Shown here piece by piece: positions 1 to 9,778 of a stretch of 64,000 bases of DNA. Source of the DNA: an uncultured delta proteobacterium (GTDB lineage: Bacteria; Myxococcota; UBA727; VGSZ01); the NCBI GenBank assembly GCA_963775425.1, contig CAVZJB010000008.1, positions 224,001 through 288,000 of the forward strand. The letters run 5' to 3'. Position 1 is the stretch's first letter; the number at the start of each line of letters is the position of its first letter. A model generated the notes under the pieces. That model was not told the origin of the DNA. It saw nothing but the letters and a program-made list of their open reading frames with translations, and did not search any database. The translations under genes were made by a program, and so were the position numbers.

Positions 1-555
1 GACCAGGTCGTCGAGAACCGCCGCGGCCTGCCCATCTCGCTGTCGCTGCTCGTCGTCGAGACCGCGCGCCGCGCGGGCCTGGTGGCGTGCGGCCTCTCCC
101 TGCCGCGCCACTTCATGGCGGGCCTCATGCTCAAGCGCGCCGCCGACGAAGACAGCGCCGACCTCTTCTTCATCGACGCGTTCCACGCGCAGGTGCTGCC
201 CGCCGAGGACGTCGCCGCGCGCATCGGCCTCCCCCTGGAGGAATTGCCCGAGCACCTGAGCCCGGCGACGCCCGAGTGCGTCCTCGTGCGCATGCTCACC
301 AACCTGCGCGTGAGCTACCTGCATCGGCAGGACGCCTTCTGCTGCATGCGCGTGCTCTCGCGCCTCCTGCTGCTGCGCCCGCGGGAGGCCGCGCTCCACC
401 TCGAGCGCGCGCACCTCAAAAGCGCGCTCGGCGACCCCGCCGGCGCCCTCGCCGACGCCGAGACCGGCCTGCGCCTCGCGCGCGACCCCGACGAGCAGGA
501 CGCCGCCGAGCGCATCCTCGACAAGCTCACGCGCACCGCCGGCTGGATCCAGTGA
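1..555 (+). CDS. SirB1-family protein (transglutaminase-like core + C-terminal TPR), 5'-truncated by the window edge
   Basis: Frame 1 is open from base 1: DQVVENRRGLPISLSLL...GLSLPRHF, then LVRMLTNLR...ERA..., matching the SirB1 RxGxPISL / P-x-HF / RMLxNL motifs. Confidence 0.8.
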   Translation, partial: DQVVENRRGLPISLSLLVVETARRAGLVACGLSLPRHFMAGLMLKRAADEDSADLFFIDAFHAQVLPAEDVAARIGLPLEELPEHLSPATPECVLVRMLTNLRVSYLHRQDAFCCMRVLSRLLLLRPREAALHLERAHLKSALGDPAGALADAETGLRLARDPDEQDAAERILDKLTRTAGWIQ

Positions 556-609
556 CGTCCCGTCGTGCGTGAACGGGCGAGCGACGGGATCGCGTGGTAC
601 GAAAGCGCC

Positions 610-1338
610 ATGCGCACGCACCTGTCACGCCCGTCGCTGCTGTCACTCGCCGTGCTCGCCGCCATCGCCGGCTGCACCTCCGTGGACTCGTCGGACATCA
701 AGACCCACGGCATCAACCCGGGCATGCACGTCACCTCCAGCGCCGACGCCGCCGGCTCCCACGTCGACGTCACGCTGCACGTCGGCAACTCGCCCACCAC
801 GTTCGTGAACCTCGCCGACGGCGACAGCCTCACGGCGAGCACGGGCGGTGACCCCGTCGAGCTCAAGGAGTCGAACCTGCTCGGCGTCACCAGCTACAGC
901 GGCGACCTCGACACGCAGGAGCCGGGCACCAAGGTCACCATCGTCTTCACGCGCCAGAGCGACGAGAGCGCGCCGGCGTCGACGGTGACCATGACGGAGA
1001 AGCTCTCCTTGAGCTCGCCGCAGCCGGGCGCCGCGTTCTCCCGCGACGCCGACGATCTCACCGTAGCGTGGACCAGCGACCCCAGCGACGACGGCGTCAC
1101 CGTGTCGTGGACCGGGGACTGCGTCGAGGCCGGCAGCATCGACGTGGCCGCCGGCGAGTCCCAGGCGACCATCGACAAGAGCACCATCAAGAAGCGCCAG
1201 GGCGACAACGTCGCCGACAGTTGCGACGTCACCATCGCCGCCACGCGCACGCGCACGGGCACGCTCGACCCCGCGTTCGGCGGCGGGGCGATCACACACT
1301 CGTTCTCGGCGTCGGCGAAGGTGACCGCCAACCCCTGA
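610..1338 (+). CDS. hypothetical lipoprotein (paralogue of 1519-2223)
   Basis: Signal peptide with lipobox LAAIAGC; beta-rich body; C-terminal RTRTGTLDPAFGGGAITHSFS shared with the next gene. Confidence 0.8.
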   Translation: MRTHLSRPSLLSLAVLAAIAGCTSVDSSDIKTHGINPGMHVTSSADAAGSHVDVTLHVGNSPTTFVNLADGDSLTASTGGDPVELKESNLLGVTSYSGDLDTQEPGTKVTIVFTRQSDESAPASTVTMTEKLSLSSPQPGAAFSRDADDLTVAWTSDPSDDGVTVSWTGDCVEAGSIDVAAGESQATIDKSTIKKRQGDNVADSCDVTIAATRTRTGTLDPAFGGGAITHSFSASAKVTANP

Positions 1339-1400
1339 TCAGCGACCACAGGGAGCGGCCCGCGCTGATCAAGCGCCGCCGCTCCCTCCGGTCGCTGATC
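1337..1400. repeat. palindromic intergenic repeat (family B, GCCGCTCCCTCCGGTCGC core), complete hairpin copy
   Basis: gatcagcgaccacagggagcggc...gccgctccctccggtcgctgatc is a 23-bp inverted repeat with 2 mismatches; the 18-mer core recurs at 12121-12138 and 52086-52103. Confidence 0.75.
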
Positions 1401-1518
1401 GAGGGCGCGCGCCCGTGCCGCGCGCCGATCTCTCTCTCTCTCGCCGCCGCAGGCTCGTTCGGTCTTCGTGCGCGCGAGCGACGTCCCCGTTACCTCGGCA
1501 GCAGAGAGGGGGACTTCC

Positions 1519-2223
1519 ATGCGAATGCTTCTCGCGCCCATCACCGCACTCATCGCCGCCGGCTGCGCAGGGGGCTCCGGCTCACCGCACAACGGCACCC
1601 AAGCGCTCACCGTCGCCGACCTGCAGCCGCAGATGAACGTCATCTCGCAGCTCGAGGTCGGCGGCTCCCACGTCGACGTGCGCCTCGTGTCGCCGGACGG
1701 GCGCTATACGCTCAAGAGCGGCGACGCCCTCACGGTCACCGCCGGCGACGATCCACCCGTCGACCTCGCGGATCTGACCGACCGCTACGGCGCCGACCTG
1801 AGCATCAAGGCCTCCGGCACCCCCGTGGTGATCGCCCTGTCGCTGCAAGACGGCGGCGACGCCCCGGTGTCGACGGTGACGATGACCGAGCAGCTCAGCC
1901 TGTCCCACCCGCAAAACGGCGACACGTTCTCGCGGGGCTCCGACGCCGTACGCCTCGAGTGGGCCAGCGACGCGAGCGAGGACCCGCTCCAGGTGGCGTG
2001 GTCGGGCAATTGCGTGGAGGACGGCTCCATCGACATCGCCCACACCGACACCGCCGCCACCGTCCCCGCGGGCTCGGTGGTCCACAGCGCCGGCGGCGAC
2101 GACTCCTGCGAGGTGATCTTCTCGGTGATCCGCACGCGCACCGGCAGCCTCGACCCGGCCTTCGGAGGGGGCACCATCACACACTCGTTTTCGTCGTCGG
2201 TGCACCTCACGTCGACCCCCTGA
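1519..2223 (+). CDS. hypothetical lipoprotein (paralogue of 610-1338)
   Basis: GAGGGG RBS before ATG 1519; lipobox LIAAGC; GSHVDV, STVTMTE, W-x-G-x-CVE-x-GSID and RTRTGSLDPAFGGGTITHSFS shared with the upstream gene. Confidence 0.8.
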   Translation: MRMLLAPITALIAAGCAGGSGSPHNGTQALTVADLQPQMNVISQLEVGGSHVDVRLVSPDGRYTLKSGDALTVTAGDDPPVDLADLTDRYGADLSIKASGTPVVIALSLQDGGDAPVSTVTMTEQLSLSHPQNGDTFSRGSDAVRLEWASDASEDPLQVAWSGNCVEDGSIDIAHTDTAATVPAGSVVHSAGGDDSCEVIFSVIRTRTGSLDPAFGGGTITHSFSSSVHLTSTP

Positions 2224-2275
2224 GCGTCCCGCTTTGCCCGCGCGGCGCGCGGCGCACTAGGATGCCGCTGGGATC

Positions 2276-3727
2276 ATGGCCAGCCGCTTCGAGTGTCCGC
2301 GCTGTCAAACGGTGTTCGTCAAGGACATCGCGGGGGATGCCGCTTTCGTCGAGTGTCCCTCGTGCGGCGCGTTGGCGCTGCCCGCCGGCGACGCGACCGA
2401 GGGGGCGTTCGAGCGGGCGGTGTCGGCGTCGCAGGTGGTGCCCACCGGTCTCGCCTCCACCGAGACCGAGATGGACCCGGCGGCGCCGGATCCGTCGGCG
2501 CCGGCGCCGGGGATGTTCACGGACCTGTTGTCGTCGACGGTCCAGCCCCCGGAGGCCTCGGATGCCCCCTCCTCGGAGGAGAGCGCGCCGCCGACGTCGA
2601 GCGCGTCGTCGGGCGGCGCACCGTCGGTGAGCGGGAGCGCCCGCGCGCCGGAGCTCGACTTCGACTTCGGCCTCGACATCGATCTCCCGGCGCTGCCGCC
2701 GCCGCCGACGCGCTCGCCGCTGTCGTCGGAGGGGCCGTCGTTGTCGTCGTCGTCGCTGGAGGGGCCGGCGGTGCACGCGCTGCCGCCCGAGGCGCTGGCC
2801 GCGCTGGCCGCCGACGCCGAGGCGGGCCCGACCAACTCCCAGCACGCGCCGTGGAGCGGGCTGTCCGAGGACGCCTTCGGTGACCTCGAGAAGGCCTTCG
2901 ACGAGATGGCGCTCAAGCCGGTGCCGCCGCCGCTGTCGGGCAGCGGGCTCAGCACCGACGAGGAGCGCTTCCTGCGCGACGAGGCGAGCAGCCCGTCGCT
3001 GCGGCCGCCGCCGCTCAGGCGCGTCGACGGCGAGCGGACGGATCGGAACGCCGCGCCGCCGCGGCCGCCGCCGAAGAAGCGCTCCAGGCGCCCGCGGCCG
3101 ACGCACTTCGAGCTGTCGCCGGAGGCGAAGGACCTCGCGTTCCTGCCGCTGAAGCCGGAGACGTCGGCGCCGGTGGTGCGCCCGCGCCTCGAGGCCGATC
3201 TGCCGGTCCTGGAGCCGAGGCGGCCGGCGTCGTCGTCGGCCGACGGCCGGCGGGCGGTGCAGGCGGAGCACACCGACGTCGTGCGCCCGGGGCGCGAGCC
3301 GAAAAAGCCGGTGCCGTCGCCGCTCGCCGGGCTCACGTTCGTGCGGGCCGCCGCCATCCTGCTCGTGTGCGCCGCGCTCGGCGGCCTCGGCGGGGCGCTG
3401 TCGGCGCCGAAGCCCAAGGGCGCGCACACGGCGCGGGAGCGGGCGGAGCTGCAGTTCGCGGCGGGCAACCGCTTCTACGACGCCGGGCGCTACGACGACG
3501 CGCTGGGTGCGTTCCGCGGCGCGCTGAGCATCAATCCCACCTACGCCCTCGCGCACCGGGCCAAGGGGGCGGCGCTCGCCAAGCTCTCGCGCTACGACGA
3601 GGCCGCCGACGCGTACGAGGAGTACCTCAAGCTCGAGGACAAGGCCGGCGACGCCAAGGACGTCGCCGCGGCCATCGCCCGCCGCCGCGGCGACAAGAAG
3701 GCCGCTGCCGACGCCGAGGACAGATGA
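2276..3727 (+). CDS. zinc-ribbon / low-complexity linker / TM / TPR protein
   Basis: N-terminal CPRC...CPSC; Pro/Ser-rich linker; TM AAAILLVCAALGGLGGAL; TPRs (GNRFYDAGRYDDALGAFRGALSINP). Confidence 0.8.
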   Translation: MASRFECPRCQTVFVKDIAGDAAFVECPSCGALALPAGDATEGAFERAVSASQVVPTGLASTETEMDPAAPDPSAPAPGMFTDLLSSTVQPPEASDAPSSEESAPPTSSASSGGAPSVSGSARAPELDFDFGLDIDLPALPPPPTRSPLSSEGPSLSSSSLEGPAVHALPPEALAALAADAEAGPTNSQHAPWSGLSEDAFGDLEKAFDEMALKPVPPPLSGSGLSTDEERFLRDEASSPSLRPPPLRRVDGERTDRNAAPPRPPPKKRSRRPRPTHFELSPEAKDLAFLPLKPETSAPVVRPRLEADLPVLEPRRPASSSADGRRAVQAEHTDVVRPGREPKKPVPSPLAGLTFVRAAAILLVCAALGGLGGALSAPKPKGAHTARERAELQFAAGNRFYDAGRYDDALGAFRGALSINPTYALAHRAKGAALAKLSRYDEAADAYEEYLKLEDKAGDAKDVAAAIARRRGDKKAAADAEDR

Positions 3728-4425
3728 GCGCCGCGCCCGGAGACGCGCCGGCGCCCACCGACACGACGTCGTCGCTGCGGCTGGCGCCCGGGGAGATCCC
3801 CCGCACCTGGACCCGGCCCGCCGAGGCCGTCTCCACGCTGCCGCAGCCCGCGCCGCGCCCCGTCACCACCGGCGTCCTCGTCGGCGTCGGCATCGTCGCC
3901 TGCGCCGCGCTCGCCGTGGCGCTGGCGCCGGCGCGGCCGAGCGCTCCCGCGCCTGCGCCTGCGCCGGCTGCGGCGGCTCCGGTGGCGCACCCGGTGTCCG
4001 AGATCCCGCGCCCGCCGGCGACGTCGTCGACGGACCCCGGCGACGTCGCGCCCGAGGACCAGGGCGGCGACGCCCCGGCGCCCCCCGCGCCCCCGGTGGC
4101 GGCGCCCCCCGCGCCCGCCACCGCGGCGACGGACGAGGCGAGGGCGCCGCTCGTCGCCGAGCTGCCGGCGCACAAGAAGTCGGCGGGGCTGACGGCGCGG
4201 GCGATCGCGCGCTTGCGCGACGGCGACTACGCGAACGCCGAGCCGCTGCTGGTGCGCGCGGTCCTGATCGACCCGACGTACCCCGACGCCTGGCGCCACC
4301 TCGGCATCGCGCGCGCGCAGCTCGGCGACAAGAGCGGCGCGCGCCGGGCGTACAAGAAGTACGTCGAGCTCGCGCCCACGGCCCCCGACGCCGCCCAGGT
4401 GCGCGCCATCCTCGCCGCCCCGTAG
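3724..4425 (+). CDS. membrane-anchored TPR protein
   Basis: ATGA overlap with the upstream stop; TM GVLVGVGIVACAALAVAL; C-terminal TPRs (DAWRHLGIARAQLGD...YKKYVELAP). Confidence 0.8.
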   Translation: MSAAPGDAPAPTDTTSSLRLAPGEIPRTWTRPAEAVSTLPQPAPRPVTTGVLVGVGIVACAALAVALAPARPSAPAPAPAPAAAAPVAHPVSEIPRPPATSSTDPGDVAPEDQGGDAPAPPAPPVAAPPAPATAATDEARAPLVAELPAHKKSAGLTARAIARLRDGDYANAEPLLVRAVLIDPTYPDAWRHLGIARAQLGDKSGARRAYKKYVELAPTAPDAAQVRAILAAP

Positions 4426-4445
4426 GGCGGGGGCTCGTCCCCCGC
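4422..4445 (+). repeat. GTAG-type REP palindrome (family A)
   Basis: gtagggcgggggctcgtcccccgc, identical to 8263-8286; its TAG is the stop codon of the upstream CDS. Confidence 0.8.
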
Positions 4446-4699
4446 TTCGGAGGTCCCCCATCGTCGCCCCGGTCGTCGGTGCGGCGGTGCTGCCTCGGGG
4501 CCGCACGGAAAATCCCCGGCTGACAATTTTTGCGAGCGGAGCGAGCCCCGGGCAATTTGAACGCGGCCGGCCGCTCTGTCGCGTCGTCGTTCCGGCACGT
4601 CCGCGCCGGCGGGGCCGGGATCACCGCGGGGCTCATTGCTGCCCCCCCGAAGCGGCGGTAACCTGCGTTGTTCTCGTGCTTTTTCCGTCGAGGTGGCCC

Positions 4700-7600
4700 G
4701 TGCTCGTCCGTGTCTCTTTCCTCGCCGCCGCCGCCGCGCTCTTGAGCGCCTGCCCGCAGCCTCCCATCAACGGCGCCCCCGACGGCGGGACCGGCATCCA
4801 CCTGTCCGACGCCGGGCCGATCGTGGCCCCGTCCGACGCCGGCTTCGACGACGCCGGCGCGCCCGCCGTCGACGCGGGCGTCAACGACGCCGTCCAGATC
4901 GAGAGCGTCACGCCGCCCTCGGGTCCCATGAGCGGCCTCGACGCCGCCGGCCACCCCCTGCGCGTCCGCCTCGACGGCGTCGGCTTCACCGGCGACGACG
5001 CCGACGGCAACAGCACCAACCACGTCTTCGTCGACGACGTCGAGGCCACCGGCGTCATCGGCCTCACCCTGCCGACGTCGCTGTCGTTCTTCGCGCCCGC
5101 GTGCAACTCGCCCGGCCCGAAGACGGTGCGCGTGGAAAACCCGCTCGGCGTCGCCGTGCTCGACGGCGGCTACACGTGCTTTTCGCCCGTCACGGTGGAG
5201 AGCATCGATCCCGACACCGGCAGCACCGACGGCGGCGACCTCGTCACCCTCCACGGCGTCGCCTTCAGCGACGCCATGACCGTCAGCGTCGGCGGCCGCA
5301 CCGTCATCGGCCTCACCGTCGACCCCGACGGCACCTCCGCCACCTTCCTCACGCCGCCGGGCAACCCCGGGCGCGTCGACGTCGTCGCCACCGACGCCTT
5401 CGGCCGCAGCGACTTCCAGCTCGGCTTCACCTACGAGGCCGGCTTGCGCCTCGAGTCCGTCACGCCCAACGTCGTCGACGACACCGGCGCCGTGGTCGAG
5501 CTCGACGGCGCCGGCTTCATCGACGACGTCGCCGCCACCATCGGCGGCGCCGCGGCCACGCGCGACAACCTCATCAGCCAGGCGCGGCTGCGCGTCGTCG
5601 TCCCCACCGGCTTGTCGGGCGCCCAGGACATCGTCGTCGACCACGGCGCGCAGAGCGCCACGCTCGCCGGCGCCCTCGTCGTGCGCCCGCCCGTCACCGG
5701 CACGCTCACGGTGACCGCCGCCGTCCCCGCGCGCGCCGACGTCGCCGGCGGCACCGAGCTCACGCTCGTCGGCGAGCAATTCACCGGCGCCACCGACGTC
5801 AGCGTGGGCGGCGCCGCCGGCACGTTCACCGTGGTCGATGACCGCACCATCACGCTCACCGTGCCTGCGGGCGCCGCCGGCCCCGCCGACGTCGTCGTCA
5901 CCACCGGCGCCGGCAGCGCCACGCTCACCGGCGGCGTCACCTACTTCGCGCCCGTCGTCATCGACGCCGTCGCCCCCGCCTTCGGCCCGTCCGACGGCGG
6001 CACGGCGGTGACGCTCAGCGGCCGCGGCTTCGTCGACCCCGCCGTCGTCACCTTCGGCGGCATCCCCGCCACCGACGTCGTGGTCGCGGCGGACGGCCTC
6101 AGCGTCACCGCCACCACGCCCGCGGGCGCGGCCGGCGCCGTCGACGTCGTCGTCACCGCCAACGGCGAGCGCGGCGTCAAGGCCGGCGGCTTCCGCTACG
6201 AGGCGCCGCTCAGCGTCCTCGGCGTGCTGCCTTCGCGCGGCGGGCTCGGCGGCGACACCTTCGTCACCGTCACGGGCAGCGGCTTTTCCAAGAGCGCGGT
6301 CAGCGTGTTCTTCGGGGACACGCAGGCGCTCCCGCTCGACGTGCACGTGATCAACGACAGCACCTTGACGTGCCGCACGCCGCCGGCGCCGGGCTTCGCC
6401 GCCGGCGTCGTCGACGTCAGGGTGCGCCAGGGCTCGGACCTCGCGCCCGACGACGCCGTCGCCGCCGGCGCCTTCACCTACTTCCAGACGGGCACCAACG
6501 TGCTCGGCGGCGTGCGCGGCGGCCCCATCGACGGCGCCGTGTACGTCACCGCGTTCGACGCCATCGCCGGCCAGCCCATCCCGGGCCTGACGGCGTGGGT
6601 GGGCACCGACGGGCACCCCGTGGCCGCGGGCATCACCAGCATCATCGGCACCGCCACCCTCTCGGGCCCCCAGGTGGTCGGCCCGCAGACCGTGACCATC
6701 GCCGGCGACTGCTTCTCGAGCGCCACCTTCGTCGACGTCAACGCCACGGAGCTCACGGCGTACCTGTTCCCGCTGTGCCCGTCGCCGCCTTCGTCGGGCC
6801 AGCCGCCGCCGCCGGTGGAGCCGGCCACCATCCAGGGGCGCGTGTTCGGCTTCGCCAAGGCGTTCTTCGATCCCGCCGCGCTCGATCAGTCCGGGTGCAC
6901 CACCGGCGCCCCGGCCAAGTGCGAGATCGCCTTCGCGCAGGTGGAGACCACCGCGGGCGACGAGTTCTCGACCACGCCCGGCGCGGGCGGCAGGAACGTC
7001 GTGTTCGACGAGGGCGGCGAGTACCACATCGACAACTCGCGCGTCGGCCGCCTGACGCTGGTGGCGCTCGCGGGCATCTTCGATCTCAACAACGGCACGT
7101 TTCGCCTGCGCCAGCTCGGCGTCAGGAACGCCGTGTTCCCGCAGCACGGCGTGGACCTCGTCGACCAGGACATCACCCTCACCATCGACCTCGACGCCAA
7201 CATCGACCTCTCGCTGCCGGACGCGCCGCTGCGCGCCGTCGACGACAACCGTGACATCGGCTTCCTCCCCGACATCACGCGCGTCATCCCGTTCCTCGAG
7301 TTCGGCGGCGAAGGCAGCTTCGCCTACACGCAGGCCGTCGAGGGCAAGCGCAACCACGCGCTCGACACCATGCCCGACGTCCCCGGCGAGTTCCTCAAGT
7401 TCGTCTCGGGCGCCTACACCACCGACGGCAGGAACCTCACCGCCAACACCGGCACCGTCGACCTCGCCGCCGGTGACGACATCGTCCTCGGCAACGGCAC
7501 CTTCGACTGGGGCGCCCAGGACCTCCAGGGCAACTTCATCATCGTCGGCCAGGTGTTCGTCACCGAGCGCCCGGACACGGGCACGCGCTTCGCGAGCGTC

Positions 7601-8266
7601 ATCACCAACACCGACGGCGTGAGCACGCTGACGCTCCAGAAGGCGCCCGACTTCGACCTCACCGGCGCCACCTACCACATCGGCAACCCGGGCGCGCCGT
7701 CGTCGGAGGTCATCGAGCCGGGCGTCGGCGATCTGTCGCGCGGCGGCATCACCATCCAGCCCGTGCTCGGCTTGCCGCGCGTGCTCTCGCCGGTGGAAAA
7801 CGGCGTGCTCGAAAACCGCACGCTGCGCTGGAAGGCCGCGCTCGGCCAGCAGCCGACCATCCACGACATGTTCCTCTTCGACCCGTTCTCGTCGTTCTTC
7901 GGCGGCAGCGACTCGTGTCAGTCCGGCTGCATCCAGGAGGTCGTCGCGGACGGCTCGCGCACCAAGGTGGTCGTCCCCCGCCCGCCGGAGCTCGCCGATC
8001 TGCTCGCGGTGCTGCCGAGCGCCGAGGCCGCGTGCATCACCGACCCCACGGTGAACGCCGCGTGCGCGTTCTTCGGCCAGGATCCGTCGGGCGAGACGCC
8101 CTACGCGCCGCCCTCCGACCTGCCGAACGGCGGGCTGGCGTGGCAGCACGAGGCCATCTTCATCCCCGGCCTGCCGTACGACACGTGGTCCCTGTCCGAC
8201 CTCGCGACGAGCAACCGCCGCGCCTGGACCACCGACGTCCACGTCTTCGTCAAAGGCGCCGAGTAG
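4700..8266 (+). CDS. large lipoprotein with multiple IPT/TIG (Ig-like) domains
   Basis: GAGGTG RBS before GTG 4700; lipobox LLSAC; about 6 repeats of V.SI.P..G...GG..VTL.G.GF......V.FGG......GAVDVVV...GFTY. Confidence 0.85.
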   Translation: MLVRVSFLAAAAALLSACPQPPINGAPDGGTGIHLSDAGPIVAPSDAGFDDAGAPAVDAGVNDAVQIESVTPPSGPMSGLDAAGHPLRVRLDGVGFTGDDADGNSTNHVFVDDVEATGVIGLTLPTSLSFFAPACNSPGPKTVRVENPLGVAVLDGGYTCFSPVTVESIDPDTGSTDGGDLVTLHGVAFSDAMTVSVGGRTVIGLTVDPDGTSATFLTPPGNPGRVDVVATDAFGRSDFQLGFTYEAGLRLESVTPNVVDDTGAVVELDGAGFIDDVAATIGGAAATRDNLISQARLRVVVPTGLSGAQDIVVDHGAQSATLAGALVVRPPVTGTLTVTAAVPARADVAGGTELTLVGEQFTGATDVSVGGAAGTFTVVDDRTITLTVPAGAAGPADVVVTTGAGSATLTGGVTYFAPVVIDAVAPAFGPSDGGTAVTLSGRGFVDPAVVTFGGIPATDVVVAADGLSVTATTPAGAAGAVDVVVTANGERGVKAGGFRYEAPLSVLGVLPSRGGLGGDTFVTVTGSGFSKSAVSVFFGDTQALPLDVHVINDSTLTCRTPPAPGFAAGVVDVRVRQGSDLAPDDAVAAGAFTYFQTGTNVLGGVRGGPIDGAVYVTAFDAIAGQPIPGLTAWVGTDGHPVAAGITSIIGTATLSGPQVVGPQTVTIAGDCFSSATFVDVNATELTAYLFPLCPSPPSSGQPPPPVEPATIQGRVFGFAKAFFDPAALDQSGCTTGAPAKCEIAFAQVETTAGDEFSTTPGAGGRNVVFDEGGEYHIDNSRVGRLTLVALAGIFDLNNGTFRLRQLGVRNAVFPQHGVDLVDQDITLTIDLDANIDLSLPDAPLRAVDDNRDIGFLPDITRVIPFLEFGGEGSFAYTQAVEGKRNHALDTMPDVPGEFLKFVSGAYTTDGRNLTANTGTVDLAAGDDIVLGNGTFDWGAQDLQGNFIIVGQVFVTERPDTGTRFASVITNTDGVSTLTLQKAPDFDLTGATYHIGNPGAPSSEVIEPGVGDLSRGGITIQPVLGLPRVLSPVENGVLENRTLRWKAALGQQPTIHDMFLFDPFSSFFGGSDSCQSGCIQEVVADGSRTKVVVPRPPELADLLAVLPSAEAACITDPTVNAACAFFGQDPSGETPYAPPSDLPNGGLAWQHEAIFIPGLPYDTWSLSDLATSNRRAWTTDVHVFVKGAE

Positions 8267-8330
8267 GGCGGGGGCTCGTCCCCCGCCTCGTCCGGCGCGT
8301 TGTTCGCTTCGTTCGCTTGCCTACCTCTAC
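8263..8330. repeat. GTAG-type REP/REPIN-like element between convergent genes
   Basis: Begins with gtagggcgggggctcgtcccccgc and ends with ctctac; supplies the TAG stops of both convergent CDSs (8264-8266 on +, 8327-8329 on -). Confidence 0.65.
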
Positions 8331-9649
8331 CGGGCCGCGCACGTCGCCGAGAGGCCGTAGCGGATGTCCACCTCGCTGCCGGGCCTGGGCACGAAGGCGC
8401 CTGGGAAGCGGATGGCCCCGTCGGGCTCGAGCTGCCAGCCGCAGCTCTGCGACCGCGGCACGAGCTCGGGCTCTCCCGTGGGCGCGCAGTCGGCCCCGGG
8501 GTGCGCGAGGGGGAGGCCGGCGGCGGTGACGCACAAGGGGCCGTCGAGCGGGCCGTCGAAGCGGCCGTCGTCGTCGCAGTCGAGGTTGACGTCGTCGCCG
8601 GTGCCGGGCGTGCAGTCGGCGCCCCATTGGATCTGCGCCACGGGGACGCTCGGCGAAAACGTGCGCAAGAGGCCGGCGGCGTCGGCGCCGAGGGCGTCGA
8701 GGGCGGCGCCGTAGTCGGCGCTGCAGATGTCGGCGACGACGCCGCCGGTGCGGCAGGCGAGCTCGAGGATGCGCGCGCCGTTTTGCGCGTCGCTGTTGGG
8801 CGCGCCGTCGGCGGCCTGTCGGTCGCGGCACACGGGGCCCGTCGCGCGCAGCGCCTCGAGGAGCGGCGCCGCGCGCGGGTCGTCGTCCCCCGGGTCGGCG
8901 TCGAAAGTGGTGTCGAGGACGGCGCAGACGTCGCCGATCGGGGCGGGCGCGTCCTCGGGGAAGCCGACGATGCCGGCGACGGTGACCTTGTTCTCGTTGC
9001 CTGCGCCCTTCAGGCCCTCGAAGAGGCGCTGGGTGAAGCCGACCTCGCTGGAGTCGCGGTCGTCCTCGTCGGTGACGAACACGATGTACAGGGACGCGTC
9101 GTCGCGCACGAAGCCCGCGTTCTCGGCGGACGGCGCCGGCGCCGCGCCGGGGTTGGACGGGTCGATGCCGAGCGCGGCGGCGGCCTGCGCGAACAGCTCC
9201 TCGACGGGCGAGCCGCCGGTGCCGGTCTGCACGAGGTCGGCGAAGACGCCGGCGGCCGCGCAGCCGTCGCTCGTCGTCGACGAGGGATTGGCGCAGGGGA
9301 CGGCGTTCGTGAGGAACCGGCAGCCGTCGCAGCCCCGTACGGGCGCGCCCGCGTACGCGCGCAGCACGCCGCCCTCGCGCGCGTCCGAGGAGACGACGCC
9401 GATGTGGTAGTCGACGTGGCTCACGACGAGCGCGCGGAAGAAGTCGGCGAAGCGCTCGGCGAGCTTCTGCTGTTCCGCTTGCATGGAGCCGGAGTTGTCG
9501 ACGACCCAGAGCACGTCGACGCGCGCGGCGTCCTTCTGCGTGAAGGTGTCGATGCGCTCGGACGGCGCGATGGGGGTGAAGGGCCCGGGGCATTGGCAGG
9601 AGCCCGCGGCGGCGACGGCGAGGGCGGCGGCGAGCGAGGCGGCGCGCAT
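8327..9649 (-). CDS. VWA-domain lipoprotein (CglB-like adhesin family)
   Basis: Lipobox-like AAAGSC; MIDAS motif VDVLWVVDNSGSM; HIGVVSSD; FVRDDASLYIVFVTDEDD; Cys-rich. Confidence 0.8.
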   Translation of the reverse strand: MRAASLAAALAVAAAGSCQCPGPFTPIAPSERIDTFTQKDAARVDVLWVVDNSGSMQAEQQKLAERFADFFRALVVSHVDYHIGVVSSDAREGGVLRAYAGAPVRGCDGCRFLTNAVPCANPSSTTSDGCAAAGVFADLVQTGTGGSPVEELFAQAAAALGIDPSNPGAAPAPSAENAGFVRDDASLYIVFVTDEDDRDSSEVGFTQRLFEGLKGAGNENKVTVAGIVGFPEDAPAPIGDVCAVLDTTFDADPGDDDPRAAPLLEALRATGPVCRDRQAADGAPNSDAQNGARILELACRTGGVVADICSADYGAALDALGADAAGLLRTFSPSVPVAQIQWGADCTPGTGDDVNLDCDDDGRFDGPLDGPLCVTAAGLPLAHPGADCAPTGEPELVPRSQSCGWQLEPDGAIRFPGAFVPRPGSEVDIRYGLSATCAAR

Positions 9650-9778
9650 CCCCAAGCGTAGCGGAGCCACGCCCGTCATGCCGCGCTCTCACGGCCAAGG
9701 CCGGCCGCACGGCGCCCGGCGAGGCCGCCGCCGCCGTCGCCGCCGCCGTCGCCGGGCGCGGCCGGCAGGGCGGGCCGC

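Noticed and set aside
3863-8242. Very long antisense or alternative-frame ORFs (e.g. 3863-8242 -, 13931-17590 +, 32583-36665 -, 44999-48535 -, 56735-59635 -, 61779-63728 -)
   Set aside because: Shadow ORFs caused by high GC3 and the rarity of stop codons; Arg/Ala/Gly-rich with no motifs, and they lie opposite or across clearly recognisable genes
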